Assembly (NCBI GenBank): GCA_963771355.1
Contig: CAVYTA010000006.1
Coordinates: 1,536,001-1,600,000 of the forward strand
Length of the DNA: 64,000 nucleotides
Source: an uncultured Candidatus Rokubacteria bacterium
Lineage (GTDB): Bacteria > Methylomirabilota > Methylomirabilia > Rokubacteriales > CSP1-6
Direction of reading: 5' to 3'
In this document: in pieces, positions 28,140 through 37,638 of the stretch
Layout of the letters: the number at the start of each line of letters is the position of its first letter
How positions within the stretch are numbered: the first letter of the stretch is position 1
Notes under the pieces: model-generated
Database searches by the model: none
What the model saw: only the letters and a program-made list of their open reading frames with translations
What the model was told of the DNA's origin: nothing
Position numbers and translations under genes: made by a program

Positions 28140-29540
28140 TCAGCCGGAGCGCGGTGCGTCGCCGCCCTCCGCGGGCGCGATACGCCGCAACCCGTAGCGC
28201 ACCATCTTGTCGGAGAAGTTCTTGGGATCCATGTCGGCGTGCTTGGCGGCGGTGGTGAGCTTTCCCCCGTGGGCGTCGAGGAGACCCGCCACGTAGGCGC
28301 GCTCGAACTCCTCCACCACTCGCGCCTTGGCGTCGCGAAACGGCAGCGAGAGGTCTACCGCCGCGGGCGCGCCGCTGGGGGCCAGGAAGCGCTCCACCCC
28401 CGCAAGCACGTCGCCCTTGGCCACGATCACCGCGCGCTCGATCACGTTCTCCAGCTCGCGGACATTGCCCGGCCACGGGTAGGCGAGGAGGGCCTGCCGG
28501 CTCTCCGGCGCGATGCCGCGCAGGCTCTTCCGGCAGCGTCGGTTGGCGGACTCCAGGAAATGCTCGGCCAGCACCGGGATGTCCTCCGGCCGCTCGCGCA
28601 GCGGCGGCACCAGGATGGGCATCACGGCGAGGCGGTAGAACAGGTCGCGACGGAACGTCCCGCGCTCGGCCTCCGCCTGGAGGTCCTTGTTGGTGGTGGC
28701 GATGAAGCGGACGTCCACCTCCACCGGCCGGTCCGAGCCCACCGAGGTGACCTTCTTCTCCTCGATGGCGCGCAGGAGCTTGGACTGCAGATGCAGCGGC
28801 ATCTCGCCGATCTCGTCGAGCAGGAGGGTGCCACCGTTGGCCATCTGAAAGAGGCCGCGCCGGTGCTCGCTGGCGCCGGTGAAGGCGCCCTTCCGGAAGC
28901 CGAAGAGCTCCGACTCGAACAGCTCCGCCGGAATGGCCGCACAGTTCACCGCCACGAAGGGCCGCTCGCGCCGTGCGCCCGAGAAGTGTATGGAGCGCGC
29001 GAGCAGCTCCTTCCCCACCCCGGTCTCGCCGTGGATGAGGACGGTGGTGTCGAGGTCCACCACCGATTGCACGAGCTCGAACACCGCCTGCATGGACGCC
29101 CCCCGGGCGACGATGTTCTTGAAGGTGAAGCGCTCCTGGTTGCGGCGGATGGTGCGACGGCTCGCGGACTTGAGCTCCTGGAACTCGATGGCGCGGCGGA
29201 TGACGAGGAGCAGCTCGGCGACCTCGAACGGCTTGACCAGGTAATCCTCGGCCCCCAGCCGCATCGCCTCCACCGCCGACTCGATGGTGCCGTAGGCGGT
29301 CATCACCACCACCGCGAGGTCGGCATGGTCGGCCTTCACGCGCCGGACCAGCTCTACCCCGTCCATGCCGGGCAGCCGCTTGTCGGTGAGGACCACGTCC
29401 ACGTCCTCCACCTTGAGAGCGTCGAGCGCGTCTTCCGCACTCGGCACCGGGAGCACGTCATAGCCGGCCAGCTCCAGGGTCCGGTGAAGCGGCCGCAGGA
29501 ACACGTCGTCGTCTTCCACCAGCAGGATCTTCCGCTTCAT
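28140..29540 (-). CDS. Sigma54-dependent response regulator (REC-AAA+-HTH, NtrC family)
   Basis: MKRKILLVEDD; GETGVGKE; ESELFGFRKGAFTGA; LLLDEIGE; WPGNVRELEN. ATGA overlap with the kinase. Confidence 0.93.
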   Translation of the reverse strand: MKRKILLVEDDDVFLRPLHRTLELAGYDVLPVPSAEDALDALKVEDVDVVLTDKRLPGMDGVELVRRVKADHADLAVVVMTAYGTIESAVEAMRLGAEDYLVKPFEVAELLLVIRRAIEFQELKSASRRTIRRNQERFTFKNIVARGASMQAVFELVQSVVDLDTTVLIHGETGVGKELLARSIHFSGARRERPFVAVNCAAIPAELFESELFGFRKGAFTGASEHRRGLFQMANGGTLLLDEIGEMPLHLQSKLLRAIEEKKVTSVGSDRPVEVDVRFIATTNKDLQAEAERGTFRRDLFYRLAVMPILVPPLRERPEDIPVLAEHFLESANRRCRKSLRGIAPESRQALLAYPWPGNVRELENVIERAVIVAKGDVLAGVERFLAPSGAPAAVDLSLPFRDAKARVVEEFERAYVAGLLDAHGGKLTTAAKHADMDPKNFSDKMVRYGLRRIAPAEGGDAPRSG

Positions 29541-32500
29541 GACTCCCCTCCCGTGGCGATGGGATGGACCGCCGCCGCCGGCAGCGCGATGCGGACGCGA
29601 GTCCCCCCTCCCGGCGTGCTTTCGACCGTGATGTCGCCGCCGTGCAGGTCGACGATCTTCTTGACGATGGACATGCCGAGCCCGGTGCCCGACGGCTTCG
29701 TGGTGAAGAAGGGCAGGAAGATCTTCTCGCGGTCCTCGGCGCCGATGCCCACGCCGGTGTCGGACACCTCCACCACCACGCGGTCGTGATCGGCGCGCAG
29801 GTCCACCACCACCCGGCCGCCGCCCGCGCGCGGATCGATGGCCTCCAGCGCATTCTGCAGCACGTTGGCGAAGACCTGGCGAAGCTTCTGCCCGTCGCCG
29901 ACCGCCACCAGGTCCCGATCGGTTCGTCCATACGTGACCGTGATGTCGCGCGGGCGCCCGGTGGCGGCGGCCGACTCCACCACCGGATCGAGGATGCGCA
30001 TCACCTCGTACTCCGCCCGCTCCAGCCGCGTGTCGCGCGTGTAGTCGAGGAGGCTGTTGATGATCCCCTCGATCTCCCCGATGCCCGCCAGGATGGCGCG
30101 CGCCATCTCCTGCGACAAGGGCCGCGCGTCGAGATCGTCGGACGAGAGCAGGTTGGTCGCCATCTTGATCCCGCCCAGCGGGTTGCGGATCTCGTGGGCC
30201 ACACCCGCCGCCATCTCGCCGAGCGACGCCAGCTTCTCTCGCTGAATGAGCCGGCGCTGGGTCTCCACCTGCTCGGTGAGGTCGCGGAGCACGCCCACCG
30301 TGCCCATGAGCTGCCCGCGCGCGTCGAAGATGCAGCGGACGGCGAGGTGAGCGGGAAACGTCTGCCCCGCGCCGGTCACCCCGGCCACCTGCCCGCTCCA
30401 CCCCGTCCCGCCCACCACCGCTCGCGCGATGGCGGGGGCGGCGCGGCGGCGGTCGTCGGGGCCGAGCAGATCGGCGTAGCCGAGACCGGTGAGCCCGCGA
30501 TCGCCCAGGCCGAGCAGTCGCTGGCCGGCGGGATTCATGGTAACGAGCCGCCCGTTGACGTCGGCGGTGAAGATGCAGTCGTCCACGCTCTGGACCACAG
30601 AGGCGAGCAGGCGCTCGCCGCGCCGCACCTCCTCCTCGCTGACCTTGAGCGACTCCTGCATCTGGTGGAAGGAGGCCACCAGCTGCTGCGCCTCGTCCTT
30701 GGAGATGGTGAACCGGTCCTCCACGATCATGCGCGCGGCGGCGGCGCCCAGGGGGGCGGCGAGCAGGCGCTCGAACCGGATGCGCAGCTCGAGCAACTCC
30801 GGCACCGAGAGATCGGTGGGGGACTTGCCCCCGAACAGCTCCCGCGTGATGGCGCGCGCCTCTTCCTCGCCGACGAAATGGTGAACCAGCCGCTCGATCT
30901 CGGTGGGCGACAGGATGGCGGGCGCGCCCGCGCCGCCCTTGTCCTCCCCGCGCGCGCCCACGAAGGCGGCGGCCTGGGCCCGGTCGTCCCCGCGCTGCTC
31001 GGTCAGGAGAGAGACCAGGACGAAGAGCCCGGCATTGAGGAAGAGCGACCAGAACACGCCGTGGCTCAGCGGATCGAGCCCCTCCAGGCCGAGAAAGGCG
31101 GTGGGCCGGAACAGGCCGAGGCCGAAGGGGCCGTCGACGAGGAAGGTCGCCGTCAGCACCCCCTCCCTCTCCAGCGCGGGGATGATGAGGGTGTAGAGCC
31201 ACATGAAGAAGCCCGCCGAGATCCCTGCGAAGGCGCCCTGGCGGTTGCCACGCCGCCAGTACAGCCCGAGGAGGATGGCGGGCGCGCACTGGCTCACCGC
31301 CACGAACGACAGTAGTCCCATCTCCACCAGGAGGAACTGGCCGCGCTCCAGCCGCGCCCACATCAGACCCAGCGCCACCACTCCCAGCATCGCCAGCCGC
31401 GTGTAGAAGAGGGTGATCCAGTAGATGTCCTCCATGCTGCGGCGGCGCAGGAGCATGGGCAGGATCACGTCGTTGGTGATCATCTTGGAGAGCGCGAGCG
31501 AATCGACCACGATCATGGCGGTGGCGGCGGAAAATCCGCCGAGGAACACCACGATCGACATGAGCCGGTGGTCGAAGTGCAACGGCAGCCGGAGGATGAA
31601 GCTGTCCGCCTGCGCGCCCGCCTCCGGGAACACGGAGAGCCCGGCCAGCGCGATGGGCAGGACGAAGAGGTTGATGAGGAGGAGGTAGAGCGGAAACGAC
31701 CACGACAGGGTCCGCACGTCCCGCTCCTGCGCGTTCTGCACCACCAGGACGTGGAACTGGCGGGGCAGGAACATCACCGCCATCATCGAGATCACGAGCA
31801 TCGCCGCCCAGCGCGAATAGGAGGCGGTGGGGGGCTGGTCCAGGGTGAGGAGCCGCGACCAGCCGGGGTGCGCGGTGGCGCGGCCGAAGAGATCACCGAA
31901 GCCGTCGAAGAGCCCCCAGGTGACGTACACCCCCACGCAGAGAAAGGCCACCAGCTTGACCACGGACTCCACCGCCACCGCGGTCATGAGACCGGTCTGG
32001 TGCTTGGTGAAGTCGAGGTTGCGCGCCCCGAACAGGATGCCGAACAGGGCGAGGGTGCCGGCCACGAGCACGGTGGGGTCGAAGATGTCGAGCACGGACG
32101 CATCCCGCATGATCATGGTGAAGGACACCGATACCGCCTTCAGCTGCAGCGCGATGTAGGGAATCATCCCGCCCACCACCAGCAGCGCCACCAGCATCCC
32201 CAGGGGCGCCGACTTGCCGTAGCGGCTCGAGATGAAGTCCGAGATGGACGTGATGCGCTGCTCCTTGGCCACCCGCACCAGCTTGCGCAGCAGCACCGGC
32301 CACAGGAGCGCGATGCACGCCGGCCCGAGGTAGATGGTGAGGAACTCCAGCCCCCGGTTGGCCGCCAGCCCCACGCTGCCGTAGAAGGTCCACGCGGTGC
32401 AGTACACCGAGGCGGCGAGCACGTAGGTGAGCGTGCGCAGCCGGCCGCGGGCCATCCAGCGCGACCCCGTCTCGGCGAGGGTAGCGACCACGAAGAGGAA

Positions 32501-32551
32501 GACCAGGTAGGCCAGGACGACCCCGAGGAGGCTGCCCTGGGAGAGCCACAT
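29537..32551 (-). CDS. CrbS/CbrA-like sensor: SLC5 transporter - STAC - PAS - histidine kinase
   Basis: SVYCTAWTFYGSVG, SISDFISSRYGKS, PYIALQLKA, LPRQFHV, GGFSAAT; STAC-like RFERLLAAPLGAAAAR; H-box AHEIRNPL; PFFTTK..GTGLG. Confidence 0.9.
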   Translation of the reverse strand: MWLSQGSLLGVVLAYLVFLFVVATLAETGSRWMARGRLRTLTYVLAASVYCTAWTFYGSVGLAANRGLEFLTIYLGPACIALLWPVLLRKLVRVAKEQRITSISDFISSRYGKSAPLGMLVALLVVGGMIPYIALQLKAVSVSFTMIMRDASVLDIFDPTVLVAGTLALFGILFGARNLDFTKHQTGLMTAVAVESVVKLVAFLCVGVYVTWGLFDGFGDLFGRATAHPGWSRLLTLDQPPTASYSRWAAMLVISMMAVMFLPRQFHVLVVQNAQERDVRTLSWSFPLYLLLINLFVLPIALAGLSVFPEAGAQADSFILRLPLHFDHRLMSIVVFLGGFSAATAMIVVDSLALSKMITNDVILPMLLRRRSMEDIYWITLFYTRLAMLGVVALGLMWARLERGQFLLVEMGLLSFVAVSQCAPAILLGLYWRRGNRQGAFAGISAGFFMWLYTLIIPALEREGVLTATFLVDGPFGLGLFRPTAFLGLEGLDPLSHGVFWSLFLNAGLFVLVSLLTEQRGDDRAQAAAFVGARGEDKGGAGAPAILSPTEIERLVHHFVGEEEARAITRELFGGKSPTDLSVPELLELRIRFERLLAAPLGAAAARMIVEDRFTISKDEAQQLVASFHQMQESLKVSEEEVRRGERLLASVVQSVDDCIFTADVNGRLVTMNPAGQRLLGLGDRGLTGLGYADLLGPDDRRRAAPAIARAVVGGTGWSGQVAGVTGAGQTFPAHLAVRCIFDARGQLMGTVGVLRDLTEQVETQRRLIQREKLASLGEMAAGVAHEIRNPLGGIKMATNLLSSDDLDARPLSQEMARAILAGIGEIEGIINSLLDYTRDTRLERAEYEVMRILDPVVESAAATGRPRDITVTYGRTDRDLVAVGDGQKLRQVFANVLQNALEAIDPRAGGGRVVVDLRADHDRVVVEVSDTGVGIGAEDREKIFLPFFTTKPSGTGLGMSIVKKIVDLHGGDITVESTPGGGTRVRIALPAAAVHPIATGGES

Positions 32552-32754
32552 CAGGCCGCGTCCTCCGGTCCCCGCGGCCGCCGGGCTTCCAGCACGAGGA
32601 GGATCACGATGGCCGCCCACACCCCGAAGAGGTAGAGAACCATCACCGGGATGCCGAGGAAGAGGACGGGGCGATTGGCGATGGACAGGAGCGGCCAGAC
32701 CAGGCAGGCCCCGAAGAGCAGGAAGCTGGCGACCAGGCGCTCCATGGCCCTCAT
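32551..32754 (-). CDS. Small 2-TM protein upstream of the SLC5 kinase
   Basis: WPLLSIANRPVLFLGIPVMVLYLFGVWAAIV; stop overlaps the kinase start; TATAAT at 32767-32772. Confidence 0.75.
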   Translation of the reverse strand: MRAMERLVASFLLFGACLVWPLLSIANRPVLFLGIPVMVLYLFGVWAAIVILLVLEARRPRGPEDAA

Positions 32755-32777
32755 TGGCGTGGCGGGATTATACTCCC

Positions 32778-33101
32778 TCAGCGGGACGGCGAATCGGGGG
32801 AGGGCATTCCCCCGGCGGGGGGTCCGACGAAGCGGCGTAGCACGAGATCCCCGAAGTCCGCCTCCAGCTCCGCCGCCACCGTGTCGGCCACCTCCTCGGG
32901 ACTGCCCGCGCGCTCGACGTCGGCATCCTGGCCCCATCCCTCGAGGTACGCCTCGGCCTCGGTGGCCCCCTCGCGCATCGCGAGCGCGTCGATGAGGTCC
33001 TGGAAGCGCGGCGTGAGGGCCACGCGTACCGTCCGACCGTCACCCTCGGCCTCCACCAGGGACGGGATATCCTTCCAGCGGACGATACGATACCGCGCCA
33101 T
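32778..33101 (-). CDS. Virulence_fact (CvfC-like) domain small protein
   Basis: Recognised pattern WKDIPSLV...LTPRFQDLIDALAM..G....AYLEGW. Confidence 0.75.
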   Translation of the reverse strand: MARYRIVRWKDIPSLVEAEGDGRTVRVALTPRFQDLIDALAMREGATEAEAYLEGWGQDADVERAGSPEEVADTVAAELEADFGDLVLRRFVGPPAGGMPSPDSPSR

Positions 33102-33164
33102 CCGTTATCGGCCCCCCGCGTCGCGCATCATGGCGCCCATTCTATCCAAAACGGCTCCGTTGCC

Positions 33165-33193
33165 TTGACAAAGCGCAACCCCACCCCTACGCT
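33165..33193 (+). promoter_or_regulatory. Sigma70-type promoter of the DUF169-methyltransferase gene
   Basis: TTGACA (33165-33170), 17 nt spacer, TACGCT (33188-33193); GGGAGG RBS before ATG 33214. Confidence 0.65.
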
Positions 33194-33213
33194 CGGCCTC
33201 GGGAGGATCCTCA

Positions 33214-35058
33214 ATGATCGACGTGCAGACGGCGGATCGGGAGCTCCAGACCTATATCCGCCCGCAGACCTTCCCGGTGGCGATCCGGATGCTCAAGCCC
33301 GGCGAGCCCATTCCGGACCGCGCGCGCCGTCCCGCGCGGGACTTCAAGAAGCTCAGCATGTCGTGCCAGGTCATCGACATGTCGCGGCGCTACGGCTGGA
33401 TGATCGCGCTCACGCGCGAGGACCACATCTGCTCGCTCGGCATCACCGCCATCGGCTTCGACCGGCCCCTGCCCATCTACAACGTGGGCACGCTGTGCGA
33501 GGGCATGTACACGGAGACGAAGGAAGCGGGCGCGCGCTCCGAGGCCGCCATCGACAAGTTCGCGCCCGGGGAGTACGAGACCCTGCTGGTGGCGCCGCTG
33601 GACCGCGCCACCTTCGAGCCGCATCTGGTCTGCGTCTATGCCAATCCCGCCCAGGTGATGCGGCTCACCCAGGCCGCGCTGTGGAAGCGTGGCGGCCGTC
33701 TTACCTCCTCCTTCGAGGGGCGCGCGGTCTGCGCCGACATCATCGTCACCACCATGAAGACCGGGGAGGCGCAGGTCATCCTCCCTTGCTCCGGGGACCG
33801 CATCTTCGGGCAGACGCAGGATCACGAGATGGCCTTCGCCATCCCGTGGGCGCGGATGGAGGAGATGGTGGAGGGCCTGCGGGGCACTCACAACGGCGGC
33901 ATCCGCTATCCCATCACCCAGTTCATGGAGTACGAGGCCAAGCTGCCGCCGCGCTACATGGAGGTGAACAAGCTCTGGGACGCCGAGAAGGGCAAGAGCG
34001 CGCTCACCAACCGGGACCGCGTGGTGGCCGCCTACAAGCGCTCGTTCTCCGACCGCGTGCCCGTCTATCCCATCGTGGCGTCGTTCGCGGGCACGCTGGA
34101 CGGGCTGAGCATCGAGGAGTACTGCACCAACCCCGTCAAGGCCATCAACGCGATGATGAACTACTACGAGCGCTATCAGCCCGACGTGGTGCTCGCCTAC
34201 AACGACCTCGCCAAGGAGGCGGAGGCCTTCGGCTGCGGCGTGAAGTACTCCGACTACGTGGTGCCCTCCATCGAGACCCACATCCTCGAGGACAAGGCCT
34301 CCCTGGCCCGGCTGGTGATGCCCGATCCCTACCGGACGGGGCGGCTGCCCGGTTTCCTCGAGCAGTGCGAGGCGCTCGTCAAGGCCAAGCCGCCGGCGGC
34401 CACCGGGGCGGTGGCGGTGGGCCCGTGGACCATCGCCATGCTGCTGCGGAACCCGGAGATGATGCTGCTCGACACCTTCGAGGATCCGCAGTTCATTCAC
34501 GACCTCATGCGGATCGCCACCGACTTCTCGAAGGTGTGGGGCGATGCCATCGTGAAGACCGGGATCGGACTGTCCTACTCCGAGCCCACCGCCTCCATCA
34601 GCTTGATCTCGCCCGACAACTACCGCGAGTTCATCGCGCCCTATCACAAGGAGCTGGTGGACCACTTCAAGGCCAAGAAGGTGGGAGTGACCACCCACAT
34701 CTGCGGCACCACCTATCCGATCTACGAAGACCTGATCCAGTGCGGGTTCACCACGGTGTCGTTCGACCTCGATCAGCAGGCCGATCCCGCGCTGCACGTG
34801 GACCAGCTCACGCGCTTCATGGAGGTGGTCAAGGGACGCGCGGTGGCCATCGGGAACGTGGATGCCACCAAGTTCGAGAAGACGACGCGGGAGGAGATGG
34901 AAGCCGACGTGCGGCGCTGCATCGATGCCGCCGCCCGGCACTCCGGCTTCATCCTGTCGACCTCGTGCGAGATCCCCCCGCGGTCCAATCCCGAGATCGT
35001 GAAGTGGTTCATGGACGCGGCCCACGACTACGGACGCTACGAGCGCGTGCTGGGCTGA
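33214..35058 (+). CDS. Fusion of DUF169 and a uroporphyrinogen-decarboxylase-fold MtaA/CmuA-type methylcobamide methyltransferase
   Basis: N-terminal ~250 aa: PVAIRM, SCQVI, HICSLG, YANPAQVMRL, AVCAD, LPCSGDR (DUF169-like). C-terminal part: DRVPVYP, EAEAFG, GPWT, EPTAS..LISP, THICG (HxC), GNVD, ILSTSCEI. Confidence 0.8.
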   Translation: MIDVQTADRELQTYIRPQTFPVAIRMLKPGEPIPDRARRPARDFKKLSMSCQVIDMSRRYGWMIALTREDHICSLGITAIGFDRPLPIYNVGTLCEGMYTETKEAGARSEAAIDKFAPGEYETLLVAPLDRATFEPHLVCVYANPAQVMRLTQAALWKRGGRLTSSFEGRAVCADIIVTTMKTGEAQVILPCSGDRIFGQTQDHEMAFAIPWARMEEMVEGLRGTHNGGIRYPITQFMEYEAKLPPRYMEVNKLWDAEKGKSALTNRDRVVAAYKRSFSDRVPVYPIVASFAGTLDGLSIEEYCTNPVKAINAMMNYYERYQPDVVLAYNDLAKEAEAFGCGVKYSDYVVPSIETHILEDKASLARLVMPDPYRTGRLPGFLEQCEALVKAKPPAATGAVAVGPWTIAMLLRNPEMMLLDTFEDPQFIHDLMRIATDFSKVWGDAIVKTGIGLSYSEPTASISLISPDNYREFIAPYHKELVDHFKAKKVGVTTHICGTTYPIYEDLIQCGFTTVSFDLDQQADPALHVDQLTRFMEVVKGRAVAIGNVDATKFEKTTREEMEADVRRCIDAAARHSGFILSTSCEIPPRSNPEIVKWFMDAAHDYGRYERVLG

Positions 35059-35085
35059 GCGGCGCCGGGCGGCGCCAAAGACGAA

Positions 35086-35112
35086 GGGCGCGGTGGGAAT
35101 CCCACCGCGCCC
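35086..35112 (-). terminator. Perfect GC hairpin between convergent genes; likely intrinsic terminator of the RRM gene
   Basis: GGGCGCGGTGGG-AAT-CCCACCGCGCCC (12-bp stem), followed on the minus strand by TTCGTCTTT. Confidence 0.7.
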
Positions 35113-35136
35113 GGGCTGGCTAGGCTCGAGACCGGT

Positions 35137-35529
35137 CTACCAGCGGAACGGCTTCTTGGACGGCGGAACGCCATAAGCGCCCCGATCCCCGCCGCCGCCG
35201 CCGGGACCACCGCGACCACCCCCACCGGGCCGGCCGCCGCGACCGCCCCCACCGCGCGGGCCGCCCCCGCCACCACCCGCCGGCCGCGGGTTGGAGACGT
35301 TCACGGTGAGCTTGCGCCCGTCGAGCTCCTTGCCGTTGAGCTCGGCGATCGCGCGCTGAGCCTCCTCGGCGGTGGCCATCTCGACGAACCCGAAGCCCCG
35401 GGACTGCCCCGAGAACTTATCGGTCACCACCGACGCCGACTCCACCGTCCCGCACTGCGCGAAGTACTCGCGCAGCGTCTCACTCGTGGTTGAGTAGGAC
35501 AGACCGCCCACGTAAAGTTTTGCAGCCAT
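35137..35529 (-). CDS. RRM (RNP-1) RNA-binding protein with a Gly/Arg-rich tail
   Basis: RNP2 LYVGGL, RNP1 RGFGFVEM, RGG tail. AAGGAG RBS. Confidence 0.93.
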   Translation of the reverse strand: MAAKLYVGGLSYSTTSETLREYFAQCGTVESASVVTDKFSGQSRGFGFVEMATAEEAQRAIAELNGKELDGRKLTVNVSNPRPAGGGGGGPRGGGGRGGRPGGGGRGGPGGGGGDRGAYGVPPSKKPFRW

Positions 35530-35670
35530 CTGGATCTCCTTGGGGCGACCGCTCGATTCTGACGCAGGCTCCGCAGCGCGAAGACGCTCACCGTCGCCAG
35601 GGATGGCGAGTCGAACAACCCGGGGTAGTGTACACCATGGCCCCGGGTCGCGCCACGCGCGAGATCCGTC

Positions 35671-36078
35671 TTAGCCGCACACCTCGCGCACCTGGGCCGC
35701 CGCGTCCCGGCGGGCCGCCTTCGGCTCGGCCGCCCAGTCGATCTTGTCGAGCACGTCCTCGGGCGCGAAGGGCTTCGCGAGCACGCGGAAGCCCTGGAGC
35801 TCGAACGGCACGTATTCCTCCACCCGCGTTCCCGCCGGCACCGTCACCACCACCGGCACTCCCGGCGCCACCGTCTCGAAGAGCCGGCCACGATCCGCGC
35901 CGGCCAGTCGTAGCGTGCCCGCATCCACCAGCACCGCGGACACCGGTGCCTCCATCAGGTAGCGGACACCCTCGCAGAATGTCTCCGCCATCCGGATCGC
36001 CACGCCGCGCTCCAGGCAGGTCATCGCCAGGGAGGCGCCGAGGGTCCGGTCTCGATCGATCAAGAGAATGCGATTCAT
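35671..36078 (-). CDS. Stand-alone, divergent receiver (REC) domain protein
   Basis: MNRILLIDRD, VLVD (phospho-Asp position), VVVT, LAKPF. AAAGGA RBS. Confidence 0.7.
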   Translation of the reverse strand: MNRILLIDRDRTLGASLAMTCLERGVAIRMAETFCEGVRYLMEAPVSAVLVDAGTLRLAGADRGRLFETVAPGVPVVVTVPAGTRVEEYVPFELQGFRVLAKPFAPEDVLDKIDWAAEPKAARRDAAAQVREVCG

Positions 36079-36118
36079 GTTGTTCCGTCCTTTCGGGTTT
36101 CGAACCGCGGGAAAAGAG

Positions 36119-36135
36119 AGCAAGGCTCGTGCCGA
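36119..36135 (-). promoter_or_regulatory. Sigma54 (-24/-12) promoter of the stand-alone REC gene
   Basis: Minus strand TCGGCACGAGCCTTGCT (GGCAC-N5-TTGC); IHF-like TTTCAGCTACTTG at 36164-36176. Confidence 0.75.
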
Positions 36136-36267
36136 AATGCGCAAGCTCCACTCGGACTCGGAGTTTCAGCTACTTGACGAGCCCCTCAGGATGCTCGGGG
36201 TGACAGGATCGGGCACGCTACCCGGCCTCTCCTGACACTGCCGGGGCGCAACAGGGCGGCTCGCGGC

Positions 36268-37634
<1,367 letters not shown>

Positions 37635-37638
<4 letters not shown>

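Noticed and set aside
28110..28140. Sigma54 promoter for acs (GG-GCCGGCCCTT-GC)
   Set aside because: Poor -24 match; the same bases fit a sigma70-like TTGCAG-N17-TAGAAG equally well.
29541..31703. Apparent 1187-aa regulator fusion
   Set aside because: The upstream part is an off-frame, Arg/Gly-rich read of the kinase gene; the regulator starts at ATG 29540.
33960..35058. hemE (uroporphyrinogen decarboxylase) call
   Set aside because: It lacks the HemE RQAGR motif and has the HxC...C zinc ligands of methyltransferases.
35170..35285. GGC/CCG-rich repeats
   Set aside because: They encode the Gly/Arg tail of the RRM protein and are not a DNA repeat element.
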